Source: an uncultured virus (IMG/VR IMGVR_UViG_3300042301_004094)
Lineage: Duplodnaviria > Heunggongvirae > Uroviricota > Caudoviricetes
Virus record (IMG/VR): IMGVR_UViG_3300042301_004094
Span: 62,001 to 126,000 of that record
DNA length: 64,000 bases
Strand: one strand, 5' to 3'
Positions 51,932-61,522 of this stretch are shown in pieces; within the stretch, counting starts at the first letter, position 1; every line of letters begins with the position of its first letter. The notes under the pieces were generated by a model, which did not search any database, was not told the origin of the DNA, and worked only from the letters and a program-made list of their open reading frames with translations. The position numbers and the translations under genes were made by a program.

Positions 51932-52010
51932 TTTGTCCTTAAATTTTTTTCGGAAATAAGCTTATTAGAGGGGAAGCTTAATAGGGATTTGTATAATACC
52001 TGAACTACAA

Positions 52011-52043
52011 TAAAAAATGGGTAGTCCATTTTAGGCTACCCAT
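52011..52043 (-). terminator. terminator-like hairpin overlapping the scaffold upstream motif
   Basis: Minus strand atgggtagcc-taaaat-ggactacccat followed by TTTTT. Confidence 0.65.
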
Positions 52044-52077
52044 AAATATATGTAGATACGAAAAACCATGAAAAGTT

Positions 52078-53589
52078 TTAAGCAGCTACTATTTTTTGTG
52101 CTAGTTGTATAACTTCTGCTGTTTTAAATGCTGCTGCTCCTCCTTCTAATCCTTTTATAACTAAATTAACGGCATTAGCAGCTTCAAATCCTGAGGCTAC
52201 AGCAGCTGCGGTTAATATAGCGGCATAAACTCCATGAGCGGCATCATATAACGGTGATGTTTGATCAAATGGGTCTTGATTACCAAATTTTTTAGGATAT
52301 GCTTTCTTTAACACATAAGAAATTGCTTCAATATATTTGTGTTCTAAGTCATGCCCCTTTTTTTGCAACCATTGTCCTACTTGTGTTTGTCCTACAGCTC
52401 CATAAGAAAAATAATTAGCAGCTCCATCAACAGCTTTACCAAGTAAATTTATTAAACCTGGAGCACCTGCAGTTAGCGCAAATAATGTAAGTGGTCCTAG
52501 TTCATTTATTTGTCCATCTTTAGGAGATGGTTTTATTGTTGATGCTGCAGATTTAAGATCTCCTAGTATATCTAGTAATCCTTTTTCAACTCCTTGCCCA
52601 ACATTAGCTTCTACTTCAGTAATAATACCAGCTAATTGCTGCATTCTTGTAATTTCATTGATATTAGATTTCATTTCTTGAATTTTAATTTTTGTAGTAG
52701 AAATACTATTTACTTTTTCTTCTATAGATTTTATAGTTTTATATAGATCTTTTAAAAATTCTTTATAACCTTCGGGGTTATGTTGTTTTATTTTAGATAA
52801 ATATGTTAAATATTCTGACAGAGCATAATCTGAGTCGGAAGGTGTTCTTATTATTTGGCTTACAAAGTTAAATATTTTTTGGAAAAATTTTCTACTACCT
52901 GTTCCATCTATAAATTCTTTTGTTTCAGTACTAATAATTTTAGTTTTACCTGCAAAATATTGTAATATATTTGACAGTGCTTTTTCAATCCTTTTAATAT
53001 CTCCGGGATTATTTGTAGTATTTAATACTCTATCAGTTCCTGTTATTAAGGATTCAAAAAATTGACCAGTAAATGTTTGAAATTCAGCCCATGATTTGTA
53101 ATAAATAGCTTCATCATTAGGATCATAAGCTTGTTTTAAATAATGGTGGTTTAAGGCAGGATCTTTAGCATGTATTAACTCATGTTTAAGGGTCTGTCTT
53201 AACCTTTCAATACCTGTATTTTCATTTCCAGTAACAGTTTTATAAAGTCTTTGATCAAAGTCTTGAAAACTATTAGGTCCCGGAAAAAATTGTTTAAAAT
53301 ATATTTGATTTATAAAAATCCAATTATCTGTTCTATTATTTTTATCATACGTAGAAAATTGACCTTTAGCATTTTTGTCAATAGCACCAACACCAATTTC
53401 TACTTCTCCTTTTTCACCATCAGAATAGATGTATGATATTTTACCAGCAGACCAAACCTCTCCACTACTAGGAATATTTTTGGTTTTAATAATCTCAATT
53501 ATTTCTGGGATTATTGTTTCTAGTTGTTGTCTTTCTTCAGGGGTAAGAGTTAAAGTTCCTTCTTCAATTATGTCTAGTAACTTTATCAT
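52078..53589 (-). CDS. head-region protein with an HExxH zinc-metallopeptidase-like motif
   Basis: LKHELIHAKD with downstream WAEFQ; MIKLLDIIEE leader; internal RMQQLAGII. Confidence 0.6.
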   Translation of the reverse strand: MIKLLDIIEEGTLTLTPEERQQLETIIPEIIEIIKTKNIPSSGEVWSAGKISYIYSDGEKGEVEIGVGAIDKNAKGQFSTYDKNNRTDNWIFINQIYFKQFFPGPNSFQDFDQRLYKTVTGNENTGIERLRQTLKHELIHAKDPALNHHYLKQAYDPNDEAIYYKSWAEFQTFTGQFFESLITGTDRVLNTTNNPGDIKRIEKALSNILQYFAGKTKIISTETKEFIDGTGSRKFFQKIFNFVSQIIRTPSDSDYALSEYLTYLSKIKQHNPEGYKEFLKDLYKTIKSIEEKVNSISTTKIKIQEMKSNINEITRMQQLAGIITEVEANVGQGVEKGLLDILGDLKSAASTIKPSPKDGQINELGPLTLFALTAGAPGLINLLGKAVDGAANYFSYGAVGQTQVGQWLQKKGHDLEHKYIEAISYVLKKAYPKKFGNQDPFDQTSPLYDAAHGVYAAILTAAAVASGFEAANAVNLVIKGLEGGAAAFKTAEVIQLAQKIVAA

Positions 53590-53593
53590 AATA

Positions 53594-54202
53594 TTAGCAT
53601 AAAGGACAAACTCCTGTTGCGTTACAAATAATTTCTGTAATTAATCCGTTTACTTTGCTATAGTCTTTACTAGATTGTACTTTTTTACCTTCAGATAATG
53701 ACATATAAGCACCCGGAGTTGATGGTACTGATACTAGATCCCAACATAATAATTCAAAATCGTCTTGTACCTCTACTGTTTCACCCAATTGCTTAACACT
53801 ACCCATACCACGAGATGAAATACCTAATGGAATGCCTGCTAGTACAATTTCTTGTGCAATTTTACCTGATGGTGTGTTTAATAATTCTAATTCACCCATT
53901 ACATCATTACCTTCCCACCAAACCTTAGTGATTATATGAGAAACGTTATTTAAATTAATAATTGATGATTCTGGGTGGTCTAATTCACCTGTTGCTGTTC
54001 TAGTAGCTACAGGTCCTTTAGTATACATTTCTACTTGTTTTCTAAGAATATTCATAGGATAAACACGACCATTACCGTTTTTAACTTCGGCTTCTTGTAA
54101 TTTACCTTTGATACGCATTCTAGTACCAGTTCCTTCTTTACCTTCAGATAAAGTAAGTTTAGCTACGTGGAATGGTGTATGATCTACTAATAGTTGTTTC
54201 AT
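53594..54202 (-). CDS. prohead core protein protease (T4 gp21-like)
   Basis: KNGNGRVYP, GELDHP, VSHII, LNTPSGKI, GISSRGMGS, WDLVSVPSTPGA. Confidence 0.95.
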   Translation of the reverse strand: MKQLLVDHTPFHVAKLTLSEGKEGTGTRMRIKGKLQEAEVKNGNGRVYPMNILRKQVEMYTKGPVATRTATGELDHPESSIINLNNVSHIITKVWWEGNDVMGELELLNTPSGKIAQEIVLAGIPLGISSRGMGSVKQLGETVEVQDDFELLCWDLVSVPSTPGAYMSLSEGKKVQSSKDYSKVNGLITEIICNATGVCPLC

Positions 54203-54204
54203 GT

Positions 54205-55305
54205 TTATTTACTATTTTCTTCTGCTAGTACTTCACGTACAATATTTTCTAATGTTGCTTTAAATTTATCAAAAGCAGCACCTACATCTACTTTACCAAT
54301 TGGTCTTAATGGGGTTAAAATATATGCGGTTGTTGGTAATCTATCATCATGTTCTTCTACATCTTCTTCAACATTAAATTGTAATTTGAATTTTTCTAAA
54401 AGAGTTGATGGTAATTTTTCCCAATAACCATATCTTAATACGGCTCTATCACTATGTCTACCAATATTTTGTAAAATAAATTTATTTGAGTATGGATTTA
54501 GAGTATTATTCATCTCAATAAATTTTGCTGCTTGTTTAACAGTGTCATTTGGTTCTTCACCAGGAAACATATTTAATTTAGTTTCTTGAAGATTTTTTAC
54601 AAATTCTTTACCTACATAATAGCTATCACCTTTTACTCTAATATAACCACCTTGAATGATTGGATTTTTTTCAATTCTTGCAGTTCCATATTCTTTTTCA
54701 CGTGGGGTTCTTGAACCAGCACCACTTTGTCTATATCTAGAATTAGGAATAATCACATAATCAATTTCAAAATATTCAGGAGTGTTGTCAATTACTTTAA
54801 ATTCAATTGAAGATCCAGTATCACCCATATTTTGTCCAGTACCACCATATACTTTGTTAGCCCAGTCTAAATTTTCTTTAACAACCTTCATACCATTTTC
54901 TTTATCAACTAATTCACCTTTCTTTGGTGCTTTAGGAGATTTAGATTTAGCTTTTGCTTTTGGTCTTTCTTGATGAGAATCAATACCAGATAATTTTAAT
55001 TGGCTATAATATGATGGATTTTCTTTTAAATGATCCATAGCAATTTTTTCTGCTTTTTTAGGATCATCTGTATGTTCCATTTCAACTTTAATACCCATTG
55101 CTAATTCAACAGGATTACATTGATATTCTTCTTTAGCTTCAGATAAAAGACCTTTGTTTTTTAAAATTTTAACTGAATCAGTAAATGATGTTACATTAGT
55201 AATGTATTGGGGAAATGTCATACGAACAGCTCTCATAAAGTTAGCCTGAGATAAATTTCCTTCTACTAATTGGTTGTATTGATTTTGTATACTTTTCATA
55301 TTCAT
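54205..55305 (-). CDS. head-region composite protein containing a DUF5661-like domain
   Basis: ELAMGIKVEMEHTDDPKKAEKIAMDHLKENPSYYSQL. The start may be 55299 (MKSIQ). Confidence 0.65.
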   Translation of the reverse strand: MNMKSIQNQYNQLVEGNLSQANFMRAVRMTFPQYITNVTSFTDSVKILKNKGLLSEAKEEYQCNPVELAMGIKVEMEHTDDPKKAEKIAMDHLKENPSYYSQLKLSGIDSHQERPKAKAKSKSPKAPKKGELVDKENGMKVVKENLDWANKVYGGTGQNMGDTGSSIEFKVIDNTPEYFEIDYVIIPNSRYRQSGAGSRTPREKEYGTARIEKNPIIQGGYIRVKGDSYYVGKEFVKNLQETKLNMFPGEEPNDTVKQAAKFIEMNNTLNPYSNKFILQNIGRHSDRAVLRYGYWEKLPSTLLEKFKLQFNVEEDVEEHDDRLPTTAYILTPLRPIGKVDVGAAFDKFKATLENIVREVLAEENSK

Positions 55306-55312
55306 TTATATT

Positions 55313-55441
55313 TTATCGGCCTTGTCCTCTATATTTTTTAGGTTTTTGTTCTGTTGGGCCATAAGATTTTTTTGCTTTTCCGCTTATCTTTTTACCAAAT
55401 GAAACCTTTTGAGAAGAAGATGATGATTTTGTTTTTGCCAT
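55313..55441 (-). CDS. unannotated 42-aa very basic protein MAKTKSSSSSQKVSFGKKISGKAKKSYGPTEQKPKKYRGQGR
   Basis: Manually translated. Fills the gap between 54205..55305 and 55441..56400; its start overlaps the upstream stop (TAATG). Confidence 0.8.
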   Translation of the reverse strand: MAKTKSSSSSQKVSFGKKISGKAKKSYGPTEQKPKKYRGQGR

Positions 55442-56400
55442 TATTGGTTCAAGTTTTTAATTTTATTATTAAGTTGATTAACCATTTCTGAAATATTAGC
55501 AACATTCTTTTGGGTTGCTTTCCAATATCTAATTCCATCTTCTCCTTCACTTAATTCTTGTTTCATACGAGATGTATATTCAACAATACGATCAATTTCT
55601 TGTAATTTACGCTTTACTTCACGAATTGCTTTATGCAATTGTTCAGATTTAGTTCTGTATGTTACTTCTTTTTTGAATTTACCATAGGATACTTCATTAA
55701 GTACTCCTTGTTCAATCATATCGTTTAATTTCATTTCGTATATTTTTTTATAATCAAACATTTTTGAGTTTTTTGGTAGTGTTAAATCGGCTACTGTCCA
55801 ACCCATTTTCTTTAAAAATTTTACTGCTCTATTATCACCTTTTTTCTTTCCAAAAGCATAAGGAGTAGCATAATTTTCACCATACCCGGCATTAAAAGTA
55901 GCGCCACTACCTGTTACATTTTCTTCGCTCATCATTATTTCACGAGCGTATGCTTTAACAGCAGATTTTAATGCTGCTTTTTTTTCTTCAGATATTCCTG
56001 ATACTGTTCTACCTCTATAAGTATTTTTTAAATAATCAACCATTTCTGCATTCATATTAAAATCTTGCTCTAATGGTTGGTTGTCTGGTTTTGATTCTAT
56101 TGTTTTAGACATCATTTGCATGAATCCATTTTCAACAGTATCATCTACTATAGCAGACATTGCATCATCAATATCTAATTTATCTAACCAAGTATTTGTT
56201 TTTTTAGTATCAGGTTTAGATATAGCTGCTCTTATAAACTCAAATGTTGTTTTAGCATTTGAAGCACCAGGTATTAATCCTAATAATTGATCTAAAACAA
56301 ATGATTTACCTTGAGATACTATAGCTTGTCCTTTTTGTTTAAGAGCAATAGCTTTAATAGCTTTTTTTAAATCACCATATGTGTTTAATTCTAATGCCAT
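55441..56400 (-). CDS. head-region composite protein
   Basis: 319 aa. Segments are separated by Glu-terminated linkers (ISEE, MSEE, IYE, LNE); contains ENYATPYAFGKK. Confidence 0.7.
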   Translation of the reverse strand: MALELNTYGDLKKAIKAIALKQKGQAIVSQGKSFVLDQLLGLIPGASNAKTTFEFIRAAISKPDTKKTNTWLDKLDIDDAMSAIVDDTVENGFMQMMSKTIESKPDNQPLEQDFNMNAEMVDYLKNTYRGRTVSGISEEKKAALKSAVKAYAREIMMSEENVTGSGATFNAGYGENYATPYAFGKKKGDNRAVKFLKKMGWTVADLTLPKNSKMFDYKKIYEMKLNDMIEQGVLNEVSYGKFKKEVTYRTKSEQLHKAIREVKRKLQEIDRIVEYTSRMKQELSEGEDGIRYWKATQKNVANISEMVNQLNNKIKNLNQ

Positions 56401-57077
56401 TATTTATAGCCTAACTTAGTTAATACTTGTTCAACTTGGCTTCTAACAGCAGATTTACTAATTTTACCTGGTTCAAATCCTAAAGTTTGGAACCAAACTT
56501 CAAAAGCTCCTGGAAATTCTTGAATACTGTTAATATTTTTAGATTTGCTAGCTACAGTAGTTGCTGATGCTTGAGCTCTACCTAAAGCAGCAACATCACT
56601 AGGTGTATTGGTTACTGGGGCTTCATTTAAGTTTTTCTCTAACTCATCAACTAGTTGATATACTATTGATTGTTGAGCTACAAGATATCCTGCGTTAGCT
56701 TCAACTTCTTTACCATATCCTCTATAAACACTTCCTTCTTGTCTAGCTATAATACATTTTAATCCATCAGGTTTTATGCTTATAGTACTTTGTGTAAAAT
56801 TATCATCCTTTGTATTTACTCCTTTTGATAATCCACTATTTCTGTTACCAGCAAATTCTTTAGCTAATTTATGTAATTCTTTTGCTTCTTCAACTGATAT
56901 AGTTAATTGATTGTCTTTAAAACCCCCACCTAATACACTTAAAGTAATTTGTGTGTTTCCTTCTTTACTGGTGTCTTTTTGTATATCTAAAGTATCTACA
57001 GCTTCTTCTAACTGCGATTCATTAAGTAATCCAGCCAATTGCTGCATTCTTTTAATTTCGTTAAGTTGGTTTTTCAT
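56400..57077 (-). CDS. head-region protein with N-terminal LNEIKRMQQLAGLLNE tag
   Basis: 225 aa, coupled to the neighbouring genes. Confidence 0.7.
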   Translation of the reverse strand: MKNQLNEIKRMQQLAGLLNESQLEEAVDTLDIQKDTSKEGNTQITLSVLGGGFKDNQLTISVEEAKELHKLAKEFAGNRNSGLSKGVNTKDDNFTQSTISIKPDGLKCIIARQEGSVYRGYGKEVEANAGYLVAQQSIVYQLVDELEKNLNEAPVTNTPSDVAALGRAQASATTVASKSKNINSIQEFPGAFEVWFQTLGFEPGKISKSAVRSQVEQVLTKLGYK

Positions 57078-57078
57078 A

Positions 57079-57933
57079 TTATTTAACAGATTTTAATTCG
57101 GCTACTAATTGATGATAAGTCAATAATGTAATTATATCATCATCTTTAACACTTTGGTTTTTATCTAGAGGTTTAATTAGATTAACTACTTCATTAATTT
57201 TAATTTTAATAGTATTATCTTCAACTTTTTCAACTAATTTAATTAATTGTTTTTTAATACCATCTATATTGTTGTTAACAAAATCTTTTAATTTTGTAGT
57301 ACTAGATACGTTATTAATAAACTCTTTTAATACTAATTTTTGATCTAAAGTTAAATCACCATACTTTTCATTGAATTTTTCAATAAGCATTTTGTAAGCT
57401 AAAATACGAGTGCCTTTATCCATTTCACTGTATTCTTCCATTACGCGGTCTTTAACTTCTTCTTTATTTACTTCTTTACGAGTAATATGTTCAAGTAAAG
57501 TTACTTTATTATCAATAACATTAGCTGGGTCTACAAATTCTAATGTAGAATAAGCTTCCATTAGTGTATAAACAGCAGCGTGTTGTTTGTAATTGTTTAC
57601 TTTAGCTTTAAAGAACTCTTCTAAATTATAATGTGACTTAATCTCTTTGATTAAGTTATACTTTTCTTTGCGAAGAGCAGTGCGATTTAGACGTGAATGA
57701 ATTTCTAAAGTAGTATTAATTAATGACTCAGCTTTACCTTCAGAAATTGTTTTATTAGCAATTAATGTTTGGTATAATTTATATTCCTTAGCTAATTCAG
57801 ATTTGCTAAAATACTTTTTAATTAAAGGTAAAGATGCAGAATCTTTACCAGAAATAGTATCGGATGTTACTTGTCTCAATAAGAGTTCAAATAAAATTCC
57901 AGTATTTTTGTATTTGTTATGTTTTATTTTCAT
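57079..57933 (-). CDS. conserved-looking helical prohead-associated protein
   Basis: MKIKHNKYKNTGILFELL...; directly follows the portal gene. Confidence 0.65.
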   Translation of the reverse strand: MKIKHNKYKNTGILFELLLRQVTSDTISGKDSASLPLIKKYFSKSELAKEYKLYQTLIANKTISEGKAESLINTTLEIHSRLNRTALRKEKYNLIKEIKSHYNLEEFFKAKVNNYKQHAAVYTLMEAYSTLEFVDPANVIDNKVTLLEHITRKEVNKEEVKDRVMEEYSEMDKGTRILAYKMLIEKFNEKYGDLTLDQKLVLKEFINNVSSTTKLKDFVNNNIDGIKKQLIKLVEKVEDNTIKIKINEVVNLIKPLDKNQSVKDDDIITLLTYHQLVAELKSVK

Positions 57934-57964
57934 AAAAAGTATGTAATCACTGCGTATAAATATG

Positions 57965-59827
57965 TTATTTTTCTATACCCTTGATGTTATCTTCATTTAA
58001 TAAATTAGATTCTACAGGTTTTGTACTTTCGTATAATGTTACTGTCTTTTGTTCAGCGGCTTCTTTAGCTTTTTGTAATTCCTTTAATGCTAGTGGTGAA
58101 CCGCCTTTATATGCTTGTTGCATTGGGTTTTTATCTTGGGTAGCAGTCATGTTGTATTCCTTACTACCAATTGGATCTTTACCAAATGAGCTTTTCTGAG
58201 TGCCAAATATAGATGCTTTTTGTGTTGGTCTACCAACTGGATCTTTTTCATCATATCCTACTGGTACTGCTCCGTTACCGCTTCTACCTTTACCATATAG
58301 TGAAGCTAAATCATGTGGTGTACCAAATGATCTACCTGTTTTAGCTGGATCATTACCTTCATTTTCAACTTGTTGAAGTCTAAATGCACGTTTTTTATCC
58401 TCTAATACTAAATCACGATATTCATCTACTTGATCATCACTGAATTGGAATATTCTATCGTATATAAAATCTGATGGGATAATACCTGTATCAATAGCAT
58501 CTTTAGCTAATGATACTTTTTCTTTCCACAATGCGATTTGTTCTTGTTGATATATAATAGATGGTGGTGTTAAAGATAATTCAAAGCTTGTTAATGAATC
58601 ACCATCAAACCCTTGTGTATATAAATGTACTAATGCAATTTTATATAATTCAGATACAAGTACCTTTTGTATACGTTCAATTGTGCGAGCAAATCTAATA
58701 TCTTCAGCAGCTAATGTTGCTTTACCAGTTAAGTCTTTTTCAAATCCGAAGAATGCTTTAGGTACCTTAAGGGCAGCTAACATTTCATCACGTAAGAAGT
58801 TTACATCCTCAATACCATTGTATTCTAAACCTTTTAAGGTATCAATTTTGGTATTTTGGTTTGCACCTCTAACAGGAATAATAAAGTCTTCTAATGAGTT
58901 TTGAATATTAAAACGTAAGTTGTATTCACCTGTTTGAGCATCCATAAATGGAGTCTTCTTCATTTTATTGGTGATACGCTCCATGTAGTTATCAACTTCG
59001 TGTGCTGGTATTCCACCAACGTCTACATAGAAGATACGTTTTTCAGGCGATCTCATAATACGATGAATTAACATCGCATCTTTCATCAATGTGTATTGCT
59101 TATAAACCTTACGAGCTGGTTCAATAAATGAACGTCCATAAGGTAAATAGTTAGCATCAGCATATAATCTAAAATGTGCTACTTCATAATTCTCAAAACG
59201 CTTTTTCATGTTACTCTTATCCATATGGATAGTACTTGCTAATGCGTTTGGATCGTATTCGTAATAAACCTCAAATGGGTTTTCAGGATTTAAACCTTCT
59301 CTTCTAGCTAATTCATATGAAGATAAAGGCATAACATTGTATACACCTACCTCACTATTAATTTCTAAGAATAAATAAAAATCTCCGTACTTACACATCT
59401 GACGTGTCCAAGGCCAAAGATTAAATTCTATGTTTAAGATATCGTAAAATAAATTGTAAAGTACTCTTTGTACTTTTTCATCTGAAGAACGAATTTGTAA
59501 TACTTCTCCAGCTTCATTCTTTAATGTAGTTTCATCAGCAACAATGTCAAGAGCAGAAGCAATAATTGATTCTGAATCCATTGCTTCGTAATCATTATAT
59601 AATTGTGTTCTTAATGTCTGATAGTTAATAGCAGGATTGAACATAGCAGACATGCTAGTTCTGTGTAGACGTGTAAAACGGTCTACCAAGCTATTTGTTT
59701 GTGCACTTCCATAAGCTTGAGTGCGGTCGGTATCAACCACTTTTAATTGGCTTCCACCAACGTTTCTTACGATAACGTCAGTTGAAAACAATCTTCTCAG
59801 CCTTGAAAATAAATCTGTATTAGCCAT
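57965..59827 (-). CDS. portal protein (T4 gp20-like)
   Basis: YGRSFIEPARK...DAMLIHRIMRSPEKRIFYVDVG...EDFIIPVRG...IDTLKG...ALKVPK. Confidence 0.95.
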   Translation of the reverse strand: MANTDLFSRLRRLFSTDVIVRNVGGSQLKVVDTDRTQAYGSAQTNSLVDRFTRLHRTSMSAMFNPAINYQTLRTQLYNDYEAMDSESIIASALDIVADETTLKNEAGEVLQIRSSDEKVQRVLYNLFYDILNIEFNLWPWTRQMCKYGDFYLFLEINSEVGVYNVMPLSSYELARREGLNPENPFEVYYEYDPNALASTIHMDKSNMKKRFENYEVAHFRLYADANYLPYGRSFIEPARKVYKQYTLMKDAMLIHRIMRSPEKRIFYVDVGGIPAHEVDNYMERITNKMKKTPFMDAQTGEYNLRFNIQNSLEDFIIPVRGANQNTKIDTLKGLEYNGIEDVNFLRDEMLAALKVPKAFFGFEKDLTGKATLAAEDIRFARTIERIQKVLVSELYKIALVHLYTQGFDGDSLTSFELSLTPPSIIYQQEQIALWKEKVSLAKDAIDTGIIPSDFIYDRIFQFSDDQVDEYRDLVLEDKKRAFRLQQVENEGNDPAKTGRSFGTPHDLASLYGKGRSGNGAVPVGYDEKDPVGRPTQKASIFGTQKSSFGKDPIGSKEYNMTATQDKNPMQQAYKGGSPLALKELQKAKEAAEQKTVTLYESTKPVESNLLNEDNIKGIEK

Positions 59828-59860
59828 TTTTTTATTTTAGTATGTATAACAATAAATATT

Positions 59861-61438
59861 CTAACCCAATAACCATCGTATATCTTCTGCATTTCCGTGG
59901 GCATCATCTATTTTGTATGGATTACCTCCAGGTATCCATTGCCCACCCCCATACTGCTGATCTCCAGTTTTCCTAAAGTTTAATAAACTTGCAGTTGCTA
60001 GATCACGACCTATTTGCGCAAATCTGGATGCTGTATCTCTAATAAAGAGACCCATTGATAATGACAATACTAAGTCATCATTATATCCGTTTTGTGCTTG
60101 CCCCTTACCATGCATCCAAATAAACACTCTTAATTCCTCAAGTAAGCGCTTTGAATGAAAGGTAAATGACTTATCTCGAAGGTACGACTCCATCTTTGAG
60201 ATAACAAGTGGTCTTGTCTTTGCTGATGTAGTAAATCCAGGAACTGTTTGCCCTGAGTCTAATTTTGATAGATATTTGTCAGCACTTAATTCACCATATG
60301 AGCGAGGTGAATAGTATAAATTTGCGTACTCGCGGTCTATAATAGTATTTACGACATCCCAACCGATATTAGCATTTTCCACTACTAAAAGCGCATTATT
60401 ATATTCAGTAGCCACCGATACTAACATATTTCCGTACTCACGTGTGCCTATTTGGGATTTAAACTCAGCTACTTGCTGACATGCTTCTAAATCAATGACT
60501 TGGAATGCAGAATAGTCACTTCCATCTCCACGGGCAACGTCGGCTGATACAATGTAGTTTTTATTATAATCAGGATATTGCCAAATCCAAAAATCACCTC
60601 CCATGAAACGACGTTCAACAGGATCCATTATAAACCCTTCATAATATTCTAATGTTTCTGGGTCAATTACTGTTGCTCCTGAGCCTAAGAAGTCACAATC
60701 ATATTCCTGCGCAAAATCTCTTGCAGTCATATTTTCTTTTTCATTCTTGACCCAAGCACTATCTCTATCAGGGTGAACATCCCATTTTAATTGGATAGGA
60801 ACAAAACTATTTTTACTTAATTCTGCTTCAACCCAGGTTTTGTGGAACCAATTACCTACACCATTTGGTGAAGATAATGCTACGCAACCACCACCTGTTG
60901 AGATTGTAGGTTTGATTGCGGTATATATTTTATCAATACCCTCAATAAACGCAGCCTCATCCATAATCAACCAAGATACTGCAAATGAACGACCAGCATC
61001 ACTAGAAGCAGAGGTCGCTTTAATAAACGAACCATTTGATAGTTTTAATGATGTTTGGTTTGATGCTACTGGTTTAGAACCCTTTAACCATGAAGGTAAG
61101 TTATTGTACATGAATTGAACTTTTTCAACCATGTTTTGTGCTGTTAATTGCTTAGTTGCAATACACAATATTGCTTTATCTTTATGAAATAACATTAACC
61201 ATAAAGCATAACCAGCACACAAGGTAGAAATACCTAACTGACGAGATTTATTGATAATATTATAGTCGTTTGCTCGAAATGATTTTAATACATCTTCCTG
61301 GAAAGGATATAAATGAAATAAAATTCTACCTTTAATTGGGTGGGTGATAAAACAATATTTTCTAAAGAAATGGACAGGATCAGAAGCACATTTAATGTAT
61401 TCCTGTTTAATTATGTCCTTTATATTTTGATCGCTCAT
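59861..61438 (-). CDS. terL: terminase large subunit (T4 gp17-like)
   Basis: KSRQLGIST (Walker A), LIMDEAAF (Walker B), SSPNG, QEYDCDF, ADVARGDGSDYS nuclease motif, NDDLV. Confidence 0.97.
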   Translation of the reverse strand: MSDQNIKDIIKQEYIKCASDPVHFFRKYCFITHPIKGRILFHLYPFQEDVLKSFRANDYNIINKSRQLGISTLCAGYALWLMLFHKDKAILCIATKQLTAQNMVEKVQFMYNNLPSWLKGSKPVASNQTSLKLSNGSFIKATSASSDAGRSFAVSWLIMDEAAFIEGIDKIYTAIKPTISTGGGCVALSSPNGVGNWFHKTWVEAELSKNSFVPIQLKWDVHPDRDSAWVKNEKENMTARDFAQEYDCDFLGSGATVIDPETLEYYEGFIMDPVERRFMGGDFWIWQYPDYNKNYIVSADVARGDGSDYSAFQVIDLEACQQVAEFKSQIGTREYGNMLVSVATEYNNALLVVENANIGWDVVNTIIDREYANLYYSPRSYGELSADKYLSKLDSGQTVPGFTTSAKTRPLVISKMESYLRDKSFTFHSKRLLEELRVFIWMHGKGQAQNGYNDDLVLSLSMGLFIRDTASRFAQIGRDLATASLLNFRKTGDQQYGGGQWIPGGNPYKIDDAHGNAEDIRWLLG

Positions 61439-61464
61439 ATACTAATTGTTGTATATAAATATAT

Positions 61465-61491
61465 AAAAGAAACCCCAACTTACGTTGGGGT
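61465..61491 (-). terminator. intrinsic terminator upstream of terL
   Basis: accccaac-ttac-gttggggt hairpin followed by TTCTTTT on the minus strand. Confidence 0.8.
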
Positions 61492-61522
61492 CGGTCCTAC
61501 AATGCTATTATAGGAGGGGCAT

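Noticed and set aside
57965..61438. Introns or inteins in terminase or portal
   Set aside because: Both ORFs are continuous and of ordinary length, with no intein or homing endonuclease motifs seen.
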